Positions 27,389 through 38,788 of a stretch of DNA of 64,000 bases are shown in pieces. Origin of the DNA: Lachnospiraceae bacterium (GTDB taxonomy: Bacteria > Bacillota > Clostridia > Lachnospirales > Lachnospiraceae); contig JAAUZT010000034.1 in NCBI GenBank assembly GCA_014804485.1, positions 18,339 through 82,338 on the forward strand. Reading direction: 5' to 3'. The translations under genes and the position numbers were made by a program. The notes below the pieces were generated by a model that searched no databases, was not told the DNA's origin, and saw only the letters and a program-made list of their open reading frames with translations. Each line of letters starts with the position of its first letter. Within the stretch, counting starts at the first letter, position 1.

Positions 27389-28504
27389 ATGAAAGTTGAA
27401 AATGTAATTATTTGGGGTGCAGGTTTAAACGGTTTAAAATTAAAAAGAGATTTGGATCAATGCATGGGAAATGTTAAGGTATCCTTTTTTTGTGATAATA
27501 ATATAAAAAAACAAGGATATAAATTAGATGGAATTGAAATATTATCTTATGATCAAATAATCCAAATGTATAAGAGCGGGTGGCAAGGAAGTATTATTAT
27601 ATCGGTTATTGAACTGACAGGCATAGTAGATCAGATTCGCAGGAGCGACTTAAACGCGAAAGTCTATGGCACATCATACAAGTGGTATTTTCAAGAAAAC
27701 GGGCATTGTAAATCCGCCATGGACTTTTTGTATGAAATAGATATAATGAAACCCAGACTGGACTATTATGAGTATCACGTTTCATGGCATTGCAATTTGA
27801 AATGTAAGGGATGTATACATTTTAGCAATGTGGCGAAGAAAGAGTTTGGCGATTTGGAGAAATACAAAAAGGATATTTGCAGATTGAAAGAATTGTTCTG
27901 GGGGGTAAGAATGATTCGTCTGATGGGCGGGGAACCGTTGTTAAATAGGGAACTGTCTGATTTTTGTATTGCAACAAGAAATGTATTTCCAGATTCTAAT
28001 ATCAGAGTTGCAACCAATGGATTACTAATACCTAATCTTGATGCCGAAGTGCTAAAAGTGATGAGTGAAAACGGTATAGGATTTGATATTACACAGTATC
28101 CGCCTACCGAAGAACTAAAGGAGAGGATAGAACTAAAATGTATAGAGAGTAATGTTAGATTTTCCATGACGCCGCTTAGAGATAAATTTTATGACAGCAA
28201 TAATTTGGCCGGGGATTCTGATGGAGAGCTGGAATGGAAACACTGCATGAGCAATGATTGTCATTTCCTGGAAGATGGTCATATTGCTGTCTGCGCATTG
28301 CCTATTCTACATGAAAAATACCGGAGTGTTCTTAACTCAAAGCTGGAGATTTGTGATGGGGATATCATTGATCTATATGATGAAAGATTGGACGGATTTA
28401 GCTTAAATGATCGTCTTTCTAAACCTATACCAATGTGTAGATATTGTAATGCAAGAACTCCGAAATGGTTTGAATGGCAGGGAAATTATCCATGGATGCA
28501 GTAA
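27389..28504 (+). CDS. Radical SAM protein with N-terminal Rossmann module
   Basis: CNLKCKGC, MGGEP, ATNG, C-terminal Cys motif CRYC; ATG 27389 after GAGG. Confidence 0.85.
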   Translation: MKVENVIIWGAGLNGLKLKRDLDQCMGNVKVSFFCDNNIKKQGYKLDGIEILSYDQIIQMYKSGWQGSIIISVIELTGIVDQIRRSDLNAKVYGTSYKWYFQENGHCKSAMDFLYEIDIMKPRLDYYEYHVSWHCNLKCKGCIHFSNVAKKEFGDLEKYKKDICRLKELFWGVRMIRLMGGEPLLNRELSDFCIATRNVFPDSNIRVATNGLLIPNLDAEVLKVMSENGIGFDITQYPPTEELKERIELKCIESNVRFSMTPLRDKFYDSNNLAGDSDGELEWKHCMSNDCHFLEDGHIAVCALPILHEKYRSVLNSKLEICDGDIIDLYDERLDGFSLNDRLSKPIPMCRYCNARTPKWFEWQGNYPWMQ

Positions 28505-28580
28505 AAACAGCTTCCAGAAGAGAAACACAGGAAATGCTTATGGGAAATTTTAAAATGCATGGAATAGAGAGGAGCAAAGT

Positions 28581-29549
28581 ATGTATATTAATAATGATAT
28601 TAATTATTTGGAATATTTAAAAAATAAAACAGTTTATATTTTTGGAGCTGCGGATAAAGGGAAAAAGTGCGTATATCAATTAGAAAAGAAAGATATTAAT
28701 ATAGCAGGGTTTATTGATAATAATGAAAAACTATATAAAGAGAGAATTAATAATTATCCTGTAATTTCCATAGATGCATTTAAGCCTTTGAATAATGCAA
28801 ATATTATGGTTGTTATCTGTAGTTTCCACGAACGTGAAATTAAGCAGCAATTGTTAAACGCAAATATTTTTAATTTTATCTCTGATACACAAATTGATTT
28901 TGGAGGTGGAGAGGAGTACTATGATGCGGCATATTTCGAATATTATAAAAAAATAGGAGAATTTGGTGGCAGAGTGGCGGCACGAACATTTGCGCCTTAT
29001 GTTGATGAGAATATGACTATAGTTGATTTCGGGTCTGGGGGAGGGTATGTACTGGCTAACTTGAAGGCTAAAGAAAAGGTTGGAATAGAGATCAATGATA
29101 TTGCGCGAGAAGTAGCGCAACAAATAGGGATAAAGAGTGTAAAGTATATAAGTGATTTGCCGGATGAGTATGCAGATGTGATAATTTCTAATGGAGCGTT
29201 AGAACATGTTGAAAATCCGTTTGGAATAATCAAGGAATTGCGTAACAAATTAAAAGAGAATGGATATATAGTATTTTGCGTGCCAAATGAATCATGTGAA
29301 ACGGAATATTGCAGAAGTGAAGTAAATAATCATTTATATACGTGGAACTGTTTAAATTTGGGTAATCTGTTTAAGGCGGCAGGGTACTTTGTCCATTTAG
29401 TGGTACGAACACAGAGCCGATGGCCAAGGGCATATTCTGAGATTGCACAAGAGGTGAGTCAGGAATTGTTTGATGAATTATGTAGTCTGCGGGGACATGC
29501 TGTTGAGAGGGAAGAAGGTAATCATTGTATTATAGTTGCATATAAATAG
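28581..29549 (+). CDS. Class I SAM-dependent methyltransferase with N-terminal Rossmann module
   Basis: VDFGSGGG, GIEIN, ALEHVENP, VPNE. Confidence 0.85.
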   Translation: MYINNDINYLEYLKNKTVYIFGAADKGKKCVYQLEKKDINIAGFIDNNEKLYKERINNYPVISIDAFKPLNNANIMVVICSFHEREIKQQLLNANIFNFISDTQIDFGGGEEYYDAAYFEYYKKIGEFGGRVAARTFAPYVDENMTIVDFGSGGGYVLANLKAKEKVGIEINDIAREVAQQIGIKSVKYISDLPDEYADVIISNGALEHVENPFGIIKELRNKLKENGYIVFCVPNESCETEYCRSEVNNHLYTWNCLNLGNLFKAAGYFVHLVVRTQSRWPRAYSEIAQEVSQELFDELCSLRGHAVEREEGNHCIIVAYK

Positions 29550-29655
29550 AGGCAGCTACAAAATAATAAACAATAAGAAAAGTTTAAATGCCGAGCGATT
29601 GATAATTATATAAAAATTAACAAGTGCAACAGACTTTATTTGGAAAGGATTAAAG

Positions 29656-30858
29656 ATGGAAGATCAGTGTCAAACATTTATATGGAGTGATGGCTGGTGG
29701 CTTGAAGGAGATCAAGCATGGTTTGTTGATGGGTGGAGAAATATACTTTTTTATGTGGATCTGAAGTGTGGAGAATGTAAAAAGGTGAGTGACATTCCAA
29801 GCATAAACGGATGGAAATATCGAGAGAATCCGTATTGTGTTAAATGGGGCACAGATATTTATTGTATTCCTGGATGTAGAGACCGTATCTGGATTTATAG
29901 TTTGGATAACAATGCTTTTACAAAATTAGATATTGTGGGTCTGGAACAACATCAATGGGGGAATCAAGTCTGGGTCTGGGGCAGTATACTGTTTATTGTT
30001 GTTGGGAACGGAAATAAGATTATTGAGGTCGATCTCAACCGACGGGTCATTGTGAACTGTTATATAATATGTGAAGATGACAATATAATAAGAAGTGTTT
30101 TAGCGGAGAAAAAAATATATGCATTGTCATCTGAATATAATAGGATCTATCAATTTGACTTGCTGACCAAAGAAGTCAAGACATATATGCTGCCAGGTAT
30201 AAAAAAGAGACTATTTACAATATGTTTTGATGGTGAAAAATTTTGGTTTAGTGGATATCACAAAGAAGTGTACACATGGGACAAAGAAAAAAATAAATGC
30301 ACCATTATAAGATTTCCTGAAAATTTTAACGGTGATAGCAGAGATAAGAAGATAGAATCTGTGGCAGACAATTGCGAACTTCCGGTGTTTAGTCGGGCAG
30401 TTGCAGTAGGAGGATATATTTGGTTTATACCGTTTCATGCAGAAAATAAAATTATATATATAGATAAAGAGACTGCAAGAGTATATGCATTTGAAATATT
30501 TGAAGAGGATAAAGTAAGTATTTTGATAAAAAAACCATGGGGTATAGCCGACTATTTGTTGGAATATGTGCGAGATGACAGATATATAGGGTTATTTTCG
30601 GCAAATAATAGTCGCATCTTGGAAATAGATACGAAACAGCTTGTATACCAATGGAAGAAATATTATTTTAGCGAGCAATATTTGCGACAATATTATGAGG
30701 AGCGTGGAGGAATATACTATGAAGGATATGATCCAGTGTACATCCATCCTTATCATATGAGCAACCAAGCGGTTGGCTTCAGAACAGATAAAACGGACTT
30801 TAATAGTATAGGAATGAAAATACATGCGAGACTGATAAAAGGGATATATAATGAATGA
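29656..30858 (+). CDS. Hypothetical protein, probable beta-propeller
   Basis: Repeated aromatic beta-strand motifs (IYCIPG, IWFIPF, IYQFDL). Confidence 0.5.
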   Translation: MEDQCQTFIWSDGWWLEGDQAWFVDGWRNILFYVDLKCGECKKVSDIPSINGWKYRENPYCVKWGTDIYCIPGCRDRIWIYSLDNNAFTKLDIVGLEQHQWGNQVWVWGSILFIVVGNGNKIIEVDLNRRVIVNCYIICEDDNIIRSVLAEKKIYALSSEYNRIYQFDLLTKEVKTYMLPGIKKRLFTICFDGEKFWFSGYHKEVYTWDKEKNKCTIIRFPENFNGDSRDKKIESVADNCELPVFSRAVAVGGYIWFIPFHAENKIIYIDKETARVYAFEIFEEDKVSILIKKPWGIADYLLEYVRDDRYIGLFSANNSRILEIDTKQLVYQWKKYYFSEQYLRQYYEERGGIYYEGYDPVYIHPYHMSNQAVGFRTDKTDFNSIGMKIHARLIKGIYNE

Positions 30859-31023
30859 CAGTATTGGAAAATTTTTACTTAAATAATAGTAAACATGTAG
30901 ATGGCGTTGTACAATCTTACAGGATAGTGAGATGGTATTTTGGATTGAAGAAGGTAGAAGACTATATTCTTATGAAAGAATATGGCTTATAGAGATTTAG
31001 ATATCCGGTTAAAGGAGTTTCAT

Positions 31024-32328
31024 ATGGATAGAGACCTGGTAACAATAGTGATTCCAGCATATAATGCGGAGCAGTGTTTATGTGAGGGCATAGAATCTAT
31101 ACTCAATCAGACATATAGAAATCTGGAAATAATATGTGTTTGTGATGGGTGCACTGACCGTACGGCAGAGATATTGCTGGAGTATGCCAGCAAGGATCCC
31201 AGAATGGTTGTTCAGATTGAATTGGAAAACCATGGGGCAGCAGTATCACGTAACATTGGTATGAATATGGCACATGGAGAGTGGATTGCATTTTGGGATG
31301 CGGATGATTTGTATGAGCATAATGCAATTGAGGAATTGCTTAGGGCAGCAGTAGAAGAAAGTGCTGATCTTGCGTGTTGCTATTGGGAATATTTTGATGA
31401 TATACCGGATAGAAATCGCGGTATAGATAACTGGTTAAAGAAATTATATTGTAGTACATATCCAATCATTAATACCAGAGAAGAATTGCACCATATTATG
31501 CAGTTGGCAATGACTGTACCATGCAATAAGCTTATCCATAAATCCTTATATACAAAAGACGAGGTTTTTTTCCAAGATATACCTAATGTAAATGATGTTT
31601 ATTTTTCCAAAGTTGTTGCGATGAGTTCCTATAAAATGGTGTATGTTGATAAGGTATTTTATCATTATAGAAGCAACAGAGGAAGACATACACTCTCTAC
31701 AGAAAGAGACACAAAGAAAAATTATCTTTTTGTGGCATATCATAAAATATATGAGTATATCAGACAAAAAGAAGACAACCTGCCTTTACTTAAAAGCTTT
31801 TATAATGACGTGATTACTAATTTGAATATTTATTTAGGTGATCCCGGATATGATGTGCTTTTTGATAGCTTGAGAAATGTTTATTTTGAGAAATGGGGGA
31901 TGCTTGGACATGAAATTCCGGGAAAACTAAGCTGCATCAATAGGGCGTATTATAAAAATATTCTTGATAATAACAAAAATATTAGTCTTCAGGATATTTA
32001 TATGCAGGCGAGAGTAGAGTTTATGAGGGAATTGTCATATAAAGGCTGCTCTGTTTGGGGAACAGGACAAATGGGAAAAGCATTGCTGGAAGAAATCTCG
32101 AAGACAGATATCAATATTCAACATGTGTTCGATTCTGCACAAGATAAATGGGGAAGGCAAGTCTGTGGATTTGTAGTAGAAAATTTCAGTGAAGTGCACG
32201 CAGAGCATATCGTTATTACTACGCCTAAGTTTTATGATGAAATAGTAAAGTCGATTGAAGAGCGAGCAGATCATATATATAATTTAGAGCAGCAGATATG
32301 GTTAATACCGGAAGAAGAGAATGTATAG
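31024..32328 (+). CDS. Glycosyltransferase family 2
   Basis: IVIPAYN, DGCTD, GAAVSRN, FWDADD; C-terminal Rossmann module. Confidence 0.9.
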   Translation: MDRDLVTIVIPAYNAEQCLCEGIESILNQTYRNLEIICVCDGCTDRTAEILLEYASKDPRMVVQIELENHGAAVSRNIGMNMAHGEWIAFWDADDLYEHNAIEELLRAAVEESADLACCYWEYFDDIPDRNRGIDNWLKKLYCSTYPIINTREELHHIMQLAMTVPCNKLIHKSLYTKDEVFFQDIPNVNDVYFSKVVAMSSYKMVYVDKVFYHYRSNRGRHTLSTERDTKKNYLFVAYHKIYEYIRQKEDNLPLLKSFYNDVITNLNIYLGDPGYDVLFDSLRNVYFEKWGMLGHEIPGKLSCINRAYYKNILDNNKNISLQDIYMQARVEFMRELSYKGCSVWGTGQMGKALLEEISKTDINIQHVFDSAQDKWGRQVCGFVVENFSEVHAEHIVITTPKFYDEIVKSIEERADHIYNLEQQIWLIPEEENV

Positions 32329-32361
32329 AACTGTATTGATGAAGAGAAAGGGATAACAGAG

Positions 32362-34059
32362 ATGTGTGGAATTCTTGGCGGAAACAATTCCGGATGGGAT
32401 TATAATAAAGGTATAGAGTGTATGGCGCATCGCGGACCGGACGGAATAAGGATTAGTCCGCTGGGGGATTTTACATTTGCATTTGCAAGACTGTCCATTA
32501 TTGATTTATCTGTCAATGGTATGCAGCCTATGTTCTCTTACGATCATCAGGTAGGTATCGTATTTAATGGCGAGATATACGGATATCAAACATTAAGAAA
32601 AGAATTAGAACAAAAAGGGTATCGGTTTCGCTCCACGACGGATACGGAGGTAATACTAAACGCCTATCTTGAATGGGGTGAAAAATTTATTACAAAAATA
32701 GATGGCATGTTTGGGATGGTCATATATGATAAAAGGGAAGGTGTGATCAGGCTGTTCCGGGATCGGGCAGGCATTAAGCCGTTATATTATTATTATGATG
32801 GTGTAAATTTTGGATTTTCATCAGAACTGAAGGGTATTGTCAATATGTGCAATACCGTTTCTTTACAAATTGATCATACGGCTGTTTATGATTATTTGAA
32901 TTATATATACATACCTGCACCAAAGACATATTATAAAAATGTGTACAAGCTATTACCGGGGCATCGCATGATTTTTGACATAAAGTCAAAGCAGATTATT
33001 AAGGATTCTTCTTATTGGAAATTGAATATAAACACAAATCAAGTATCGGAGCGAAAGCAAAGTGATATTATTGAAGAACTAAAAGAATTAATTGAGAAAT
33101 CTGTGAGAGAGCAGATGATTGCTGATGTCCCGGTAGGTACTTTTTTGAGCGGCGGGGTCGATTCCAGTATTATCACTTATGAAGCGTATAGAGACAATCC
33201 CAGAATTGAATGTTTTTCAGTGGGATTTACGCAGAGGGAATATAATGAATTGCAGTATGCACGTAAATTGGCGCAAAGATACCAAATGAACTGTAATGCA
33301 AAGACGTTTGATCGCAATCTCTTTCGTGAGTATTATGATCGGCTAAGGGATTGGTACGACGAGCCATTTGCCGATGTTTCGGCGTTTCCAACGTATATGG
33401 TTTCCAAGATGGCAAGAGAAAAGGTTACGGTAGTGCTTACGGGCGATGGCGGCGATGAGGTGTTTGGCGGATATAATAGGCACAAGGCAATATGGCAGAA
33501 GGAAAAAGAGAAAGCACCGGATAATTTGTTCATTTCTTATATATACAGCAAATTTCATAAAAATGAATTGAATTATTACTGGATGGACGCGTTGACTTTT
33601 ATCGCAAGAGAAATTGGAGATGTTTCACGGCTTAGCGACAAAGCTTTAAGAAAACAGTTTGGAATTCCCAAAGATTATGATGCGTTTTGGAAGTTCAGAC
33701 AGTATTATTTTGAAGATTTACCGCCAATGACAAGAGTTCAATATTTGGATTTTAAAACATATCTGCCGGAGGATGTATTGACAAAGGTAGACCGGGCTAG
33801 TATGGCTGTCTCATTGGAGACCAGAGTGCCGCTTTTATCAAGAAAAATAGTCGAATTTTCTTTTTCTCTGTCAGAAGAAGACAGACTGCCGAATGGAGTA
33901 TTGAAGGGAATACTAAAGAAGGCGTATGAGAAGGAGATTGGGAAAGAGATATTGTATAGGAAAAAAATGGGATTTTCCATGCCGTATAATTTTTTTAAAG
34001 GCGAGGGGTCGCTTCAAGAACAATTACTAGGAGATTTCTGGGAGTCAGGGGTAAGATAA
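32362..34059 (+). CDS. asnB: Asparagine synthase-like glutamine amidotransferase (probably sugar amidation)
   Basis: MCGI, HRGPD, FNGEIY, DTEV, LSGGVDSS, GDGGDE, KVDRASM..SLETRVP. Confidence 0.9.
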   Translation: MCGILGGNNSGWDYNKGIECMAHRGPDGIRISPLGDFTFAFARLSIIDLSVNGMQPMFSYDHQVGIVFNGEIYGYQTLRKELEQKGYRFRSTTDTEVILNAYLEWGEKFITKIDGMFGMVIYDKREGVIRLFRDRAGIKPLYYYYDGVNFGFSSELKGIVNMCNTVSLQIDHTAVYDYLNYIYIPAPKTYYKNVYKLLPGHRMIFDIKSKQIIKDSSYWKLNINTNQVSERKQSDIIEELKELIEKSVREQMIADVPVGTFLSGGVDSSIITYEAYRDNPRIECFSVGFTQREYNELQYARKLAQRYQMNCNAKTFDRNLFREYYDRLRDWYDEPFADVSAFPTYMVSKMAREKVTVVLTGDGGDEVFGGYNRHKAIWQKEKEKAPDNLFISYIYSKFHKNELNYYWMDALTFIAREIGDVSRLSDKALRKQFGIPKDYDAFWKFRQYYFEDLPPMTRVQYLDFKTYLPEDVLTKVDRASMAVSLETRVPLLSRKIVEFSFSLSEEDRLPNGVLKGILKKAYEKEIGKEILYRKKMGFSMPYNFFKGEGSLQEQLLGDFWESGVR

Positions 34060-34091
34060 ACTTTATCTGGATTGATTATGGAAGGAAAGGC

Positions 34092-35447
34092 ATGATTAAG
34101 ACATCAGTGATTATACCGGTCTATAATACGAGCTCATTTTTAAAGGAATGTATTGATAGTGCTTTTAATCAAACTCAAAAAGATATAGAAGTAATTGCAA
34201 TCGATGATGGGTCGACGGACGACAGCCGGGATGTGTTGCTTTGTCTGCAAAAAAAATATCCGGAACTTATTATTATAACACAAGAAAATCATGGCCAAGG
34301 GTATGCAAGAAATGTCGGTATAAAAAGAGCAAAGGGGGAATATATTTATTTTTTAGATTCAGACGATTATATTATGGAAGATACGCTGGAATGCTGTTAT
34401 GAATATGCGTCTAAAAATAAATTAGATTTGGCTTTGTTTGATGCGTTGTTATTCGAAAATTCTATTGAGAGAAAGCTGATAGAAACAAATAATTGTGATA
34501 GACATGAAATTATTGAGGAGAGAGAAGAAATTTTTTCGGGAAATTTTTTTCTACAGAAGTATTATCGGAAGTCATATATCCCTACACCCTGGTCAATGTA
34601 CTGCTCTGCGACTTTTTTAAAGAAAAATGGTATAGAATTTCTCACAGGCGTATATTTTGAAGATAATGAATTCTATTGTAAGGCAATGATCTTAGCGGAA
34701 AGGGTTATGTATATTCCGAAGATGTTTTACCGATATCGCTGCAGAGAAGACTCTACTACCGGCTCGGCGTTTAATTTGAAAAAAGCAAGTGATCATATAG
34801 AAGTTATAAGTGCAATGGCGGATTTAAAGACTTTATATGAGGGAAAAGGCTGGCATATCGTTAAAGAAATTAGCTTGAATTTGCTGCTGTATGTGGCAAA
34901 GGTGTGTTATGACAACGATCTATATGATAAAGATGCCGAATTGTACACACGAATTTTGAGTGTATGGATGAAATTATGCGGGAACACTATAGAGAAGACA
35001 GATGATTTACAGAGTATTAATTGTATTTACAGTATATGCTATTTCTTCCCGGACTCATATTTTGGTGAAATAAAAAATCAAGTGGAAATTAAAAGGAGGC
35101 AGTTGTTAATTCAAATGCTTGAACAATCACCTTTGAACCAGAAGGGAATTAAGACGGCAATTTATGGAAGCGGAAAGTATACAGAAGCACTGCTGGATTT
35201 TTATGAAAAATGGGTGGGAGTTATTAAGGCAGATGTTATATTTTTAGATAGTTATGTAGTGAACTGCAATACAAAATATAGGGGATATTCTGTTTATTCT
35301 ATCAATGAGGTTCAGGATAAAAGTTTCGATTATATTTTGATATCATCACCTCAATATGAAGAAGAAATGTGTGATATAATAAGAAAGTTATATGGTAATC
35401 AATTTGCCACAATTATGCTATATGGTGACCTGCATATTTATATATAA
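34092..35447 (+). CDS. Glycosyltransferase family 2
   Basis: VIIPVYN, DDGSTD, ARN, FLDSDD, FED. Confidence 0.9.
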   Translation: MIKTSVIIPVYNTSSFLKECIDSAFNQTQKDIEVIAIDDGSTDDSRDVLLCLQKKYPELIIITQENHGQGYARNVGIKRAKGEYIYFLDSDDYIMEDTLECCYEYASKNKLDLALFDALLFENSIERKLIETNNCDRHEIIEEREEIFSGNFFLQKYYRKSYIPTPWSMYCSATFLKKNGIEFLTGVYFEDNEFYCKAMILAERVMYIPKMFYRYRCREDSTTGSAFNLKKASDHIEVISAMADLKTLYEGKGWHIVKEISLNLLLYVAKVCYDNDLYDKDAELYTRILSVWMKLCGNTIEKTDDLQSINCIYSICYFFPDSYFGEIKNQVEIKRRQLLIQMLEQSPLNQKGIKTAIYGSGKYTEALLDFYEKWVGVIKADVIFLDSYVVNCNTKYRGYSVYSINEVQDKSFDYILISSPQYEEEMCDIIRKLYGNQFATIMLYGDLHIYI

Positions 35448-35532
35448 TGAAGAAGCAGGCTGATTAATTTGTCTCATAGAATGGGATACTCATTATATTA
35501 ATTTCATATGGGTAAAGAAGGGAGTATCAAAT

Positions 35533-36717
35533 ATGGAAATCATTAATTCTGGGAATAAACTTCTAAAGTTTAAAAGTAAAATTGTGATATATGGCGGTGG
35601 AGGATATGGAAGATTCTTGTATGAGTTGGGAAGGGGGTATATTAATGTTGATGATTTACTTGTATGTGATCAGAACATAAATGTATGTAGAAAATTTCCC
35701 AGATATATTTCTATAGCAGAATTGAACGGATTTATACATACATATCCGAATGCGGTAATCATTATTGCCATCCAAAACGAGGAAATTGTCAAAAAGGTGT
35801 ATTCAGAAATGATAGATATTGGGTGGAAAGAAGATAAAATTTATCGTTTTATGCCGCAAACAAAAGAAGAGTGGATGCAGGAAAAGCTTGAGAGGGGATT
35901 TTTTAACGGTAAAAAGAATGTTCTAATATCGAGAGCTCATGAGGCGAATAAGTTAATGCAGGACTTCATAAGAGGAAATGATCCTTTTTTCTATTCGCGC
36001 TGGGGTACAACAGAGGGAAATATAATTTATAGAAATAAAATTGGTATTTTAGAAAAATTAGATTGTGAGGGAGGACAAACTTATTCTGGCATATTTCCAC
36101 CAACAGATTCTGTAATAAAAAAATATATAAATATAACAGAAGAGGCGGCGAGAGAGATTGATGTTTTATGTGCGGGATTTTGGTGCAGACAGGTAGAGGA
36201 ACTATTTCGCATCTATTCACCCGAAGCAAAATTGGTGGGTTGTGGACAAGAGCTGGGGGAGTGGTCTTCTGCATTAAAGGCGATGCGGGTACTGGTCGTA
36301 CATCCGTTTTCATCCTTAATAGAAAAACAATATCAGAAGAGGGACAAGTTATATCAAAACCCTGAGCTTTTACCGGCATTTGAGCTAAAAACATATAAAG
36401 CAGTGCAATCATTAGGAGGAAACGAGGAGTATGACTCGTGGATAGAAGCATTGAGCCAAATGAAGGAGGACATCTGCAAGATAGATTTTGATATTGCGCT
36501 GCTTGGATGTGGGGCGTATGGAATGCCATTAGGAGCATTTATAAAGCATGATTTGCATAAAAAGGCGCTTCATATAGGAGGTGCATTACAGTTATTTTTT
36601 GGAGTGAAAGGGAAACGGTGGGATAATTTAGGCATTTACAATGAGTTTTGGGTAAGACCCACAGATGATTTGAAACCACAAAACTATAAAATAGTAGAAG
36701 ATGGGTGTTATTGGTAA
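35533..36717 (+). CDS. Putative glycan biosynthesis protein (GT-D-like) with N-terminal Rossmann module
   Basis: SRWGTTE, VLVVHPF, DIALLGCGAYG, HIGGALQLFFG..GKRW. Confidence 0.55.
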   Translation: MEIINSGNKLLKFKSKIVIYGGGGYGRFLYELGRGYINVDDLLVCDQNINVCRKFPRYISIAELNGFIHTYPNAVIIIAIQNEEIVKKVYSEMIDIGWKEDKIYRFMPQTKEEWMQEKLERGFFNGKKNVLISRAHEANKLMQDFIRGNDPFFYSRWGTTEGNIIYRNKIGILEKLDCEGGQTYSGIFPPTDSVIKKYINITEEAAREIDVLCAGFWCRQVEELFRIYSPEAKLVGCGQELGEWSSALKAMRVLVVHPFSSLIEKQYQKRDKLYQNPELLPAFELKTYKAVQSLGGNEEYDSWIEALSQMKEDICKIDFDIALLGCGAYGMPLGAFIKHDLHKKALHIGGALQLFFGVKGKRWDNLGIYNEFWVRPTDDLKPQNYKIVEDGCYW

Positions 36718-36729
36718 AAAGGATGGTAT

Positions 36730-37593
36730 ATGGCTATGAATCAATTTGACGTTCCAGTATTATTTTGTACATTTAATAGATTAGAGTGTACCAAAAGAGT
36801 ATTTGAGAGAATTAGAGAAATAAGACCTGCTAAGTTATATTTGCTTTCGGATGGACCAAGGGAAAATGTCAGCGGTGAAAATGAAAAGGTAACTGCAGTG
36901 CGGAGATATCTGGAAGAGCATATTGACTGGAAATGTCAAGTCTTTAAGAATTTTGCTGACAAAAACATGGGATGTGGGAGACGTATGTCTAGTGGCATTT
37001 CATGGGCGTTCGAGCATGAAGAAAAACTTATTATTATGGAAGATGATTGTTTAGCTGATTTATCTTTCTTTAGATATTGCAGAGAATTGTTGCATTTATA
37101 TGAAAAAAATGAAGATGTAATGTTGATAGGAGGATATAATCCATTAGGAAAGTTGGAAGAAAAAACCAGTTATATTTTTACACCCATTATAGAAATTTGG
37201 GGGTGGGCAACATGGAAACGTGCATGGCAGCAATACGATTATGATATATCTGACTGGAGAGAGCGTAAGGTTTCTGCTTGTATGAAAGCGGTTATGGACG
37301 ATAAAGCAATAAATCATTATTCAAAATTGTTTGATTACGTATATACACATAAAATAGATACGTGGGACTATCAATTACAATATTTGGCTCTTCAAAAAGG
37401 GACGTTTGCCATTGTACCTAAGAAAAATATGGTAAAAAATATAGGATTTGGCGCGGAGGCGACACATACAAAATCAGTTCCGGATTATTTATATAATGAG
37501 TCTCATGAAATGAATTTTCCACTGCAGATTCCTACATCTATAAAGAATAATGAGTTATATAATAAAATGGTATTAGATGTATATGTGAAATAA
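36730..37593 (+). CDS. GT-A fold glycosyltransferase (HlpA-like)
   Basis: FNR, DGPR, NMGC, IMEDDC, WGWATW, WDYQ, NIGFG. Confidence 0.8.
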   Translation: MAMNQFDVPVLFCTFNRLECTKRVFERIREIRPAKLYLLSDGPRENVSGENEKVTAVRRYLEEHIDWKCQVFKNFADKNMGCGRRMSSGISWAFEHEEKLIIMEDDCLADLSFFRYCRELLHLYEKNEDVMLIGGYNPLGKLEEKTSYIFTPIIEIWGWATWKRAWQQYDYDISDWRERKVSACMKAVMDDKAINHYSKLFDYVYTHKIDTWDYQLQYLALQKGTFAIVPKKNMVKNIGFGAEATHTKSVPDYLYNESHEMNFPLQIPTSIKNNELYNKMVLDVYVK

Positions 37594-37730
37594 GGCAAAT
37601 GTCTGTGTGTGAAATGACCGGCATTTTTTCTATTTGATGAATATTTTACATAGAGTGTTACTATGACAATGATGGGAAAAAGTGGGAAGCCGTATATATG
37701 CCATGCGGATTAAGAAGTAGGGAGAGGTAT

Positions 37731-38765
37731 ATGGTATCAACATTCTGTACATTATTTGATTCGAAATATTTGGACAAAGGACTGGCGTTGTACTGGTCTA
37801 TGCAACAGCATATTGTTGACTTTAAATTATACATTTTTGCATTTGATGATAAAAGTTATGAGGTTTTGTCTGAATTGCAATTAGAAAACGTTATTGTTAT
37901 TCCTTTAAAAGATATTATGACGACGACGTTGAGAAAACTGCAGGAAGAAAGAACTCGGGCTGAGTTCTGCTGGACATGTACACCGATAGTAATCGAATAT
38001 GTGTTATTAAAATGTAAGGAGAAAATATGTACATATATTGATGCGGATATTTATTTTTTTGCCAATCCCAATATTGTGATACAGGAACTTCTGGATGCGC
38101 GCTGTTCAGTCGGGATTGTCAGACATGGATTTGAGAGAAATTATAGATATGGAGAATTGATATTTAAGGTTGGAAAATACTGTGTTGAGTTTAACACATT
38201 TCTTAATAACAGGGAAAGTTTGCAGGTGCTTGAGAAATGGAAGACAGACTGTATGAATTGGTGTTATTATAGATGTGAGGATGGAAAACTGGGAGACCAG
38301 AAATATCTTGATCAATGGCGATTAGAGTATTCCTGCGTACATGAAAGCCAGAATTTAGGCGCGGGGGTGGCGCCTTGGAATCTCCATTTATATACGTTGC
38401 TTGTAAATCGTAAGGGCAATATCTGGATGCAGTATAAAGATAAGAGATTTAAGCTGATTTTTTATCATTTCGAAGGAATGAAGTATTTAAGTAATGGTAG
38501 GATACATCTTGGCTTGTGGGATTATTGTAAGGTGGGGACAGGAAAGAAAGTTAAATTATTGTATGGACAATATCTGAAAAAGATTAAACTTATTCGCGGT
38601 TTTTTGGCAAGCACGTACGGTATTGATTTTGAAGATATGGTTGCTGATAAAAAGCAGGTTTTAGGCAAAGAGAGTCTGATAAAGCAATTTGTCATGGCTG
38701 ATGGTCTGTTTCAGGGGTTTAGCAGATGGATCGGATATAGGCACAATGGATCAAAAAAAGGGTAA
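37731..38765 (+). CDS. Putative glycosyltransferase (GT8-like GT-A)
   Basis: FCTLFD..YL, EFCWTCTP, YIDADIYF, DQKYLD, APWN, FYHF. Confidence 0.75.
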   Translation: MVSTFCTLFDSKYLDKGLALYWSMQQHIVDFKLYIFAFDDKSYEVLSELQLENVIVIPLKDIMTTTLRKLQEERTRAEFCWTCTPIVIEYVLLKCKEKICTYIDADIYFFANPNIVIQELLDARCSVGIVRHGFERNYRYGELIFKVGKYCVEFNTFLNNRESLQVLEKWKTDCMNWCYYRCEDGKLGDQKYLDQWRLEYSCVHESQNLGAGVAPWNLHLYTLLVNRKGNIWMQYKDKRFKLIFYHFEGMKYLSNGRIHLGLWDYCKVGTGKKVKLLYGQYLKKIKLIRGFLASTYGIDFEDMVADKKQVLGKESLIKQFVMADGLFQGFSRWIGYRHNGSKKG

Positions 38766-38788
38766 AGAAAAGAAGGTATCTGGATAAT

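Noticed and set aside
29567-29600. TAAA..GCCGAG upstream of the 29656 gene
   Set aside because: Wrong spacing, degenerate -10, no hairpins.
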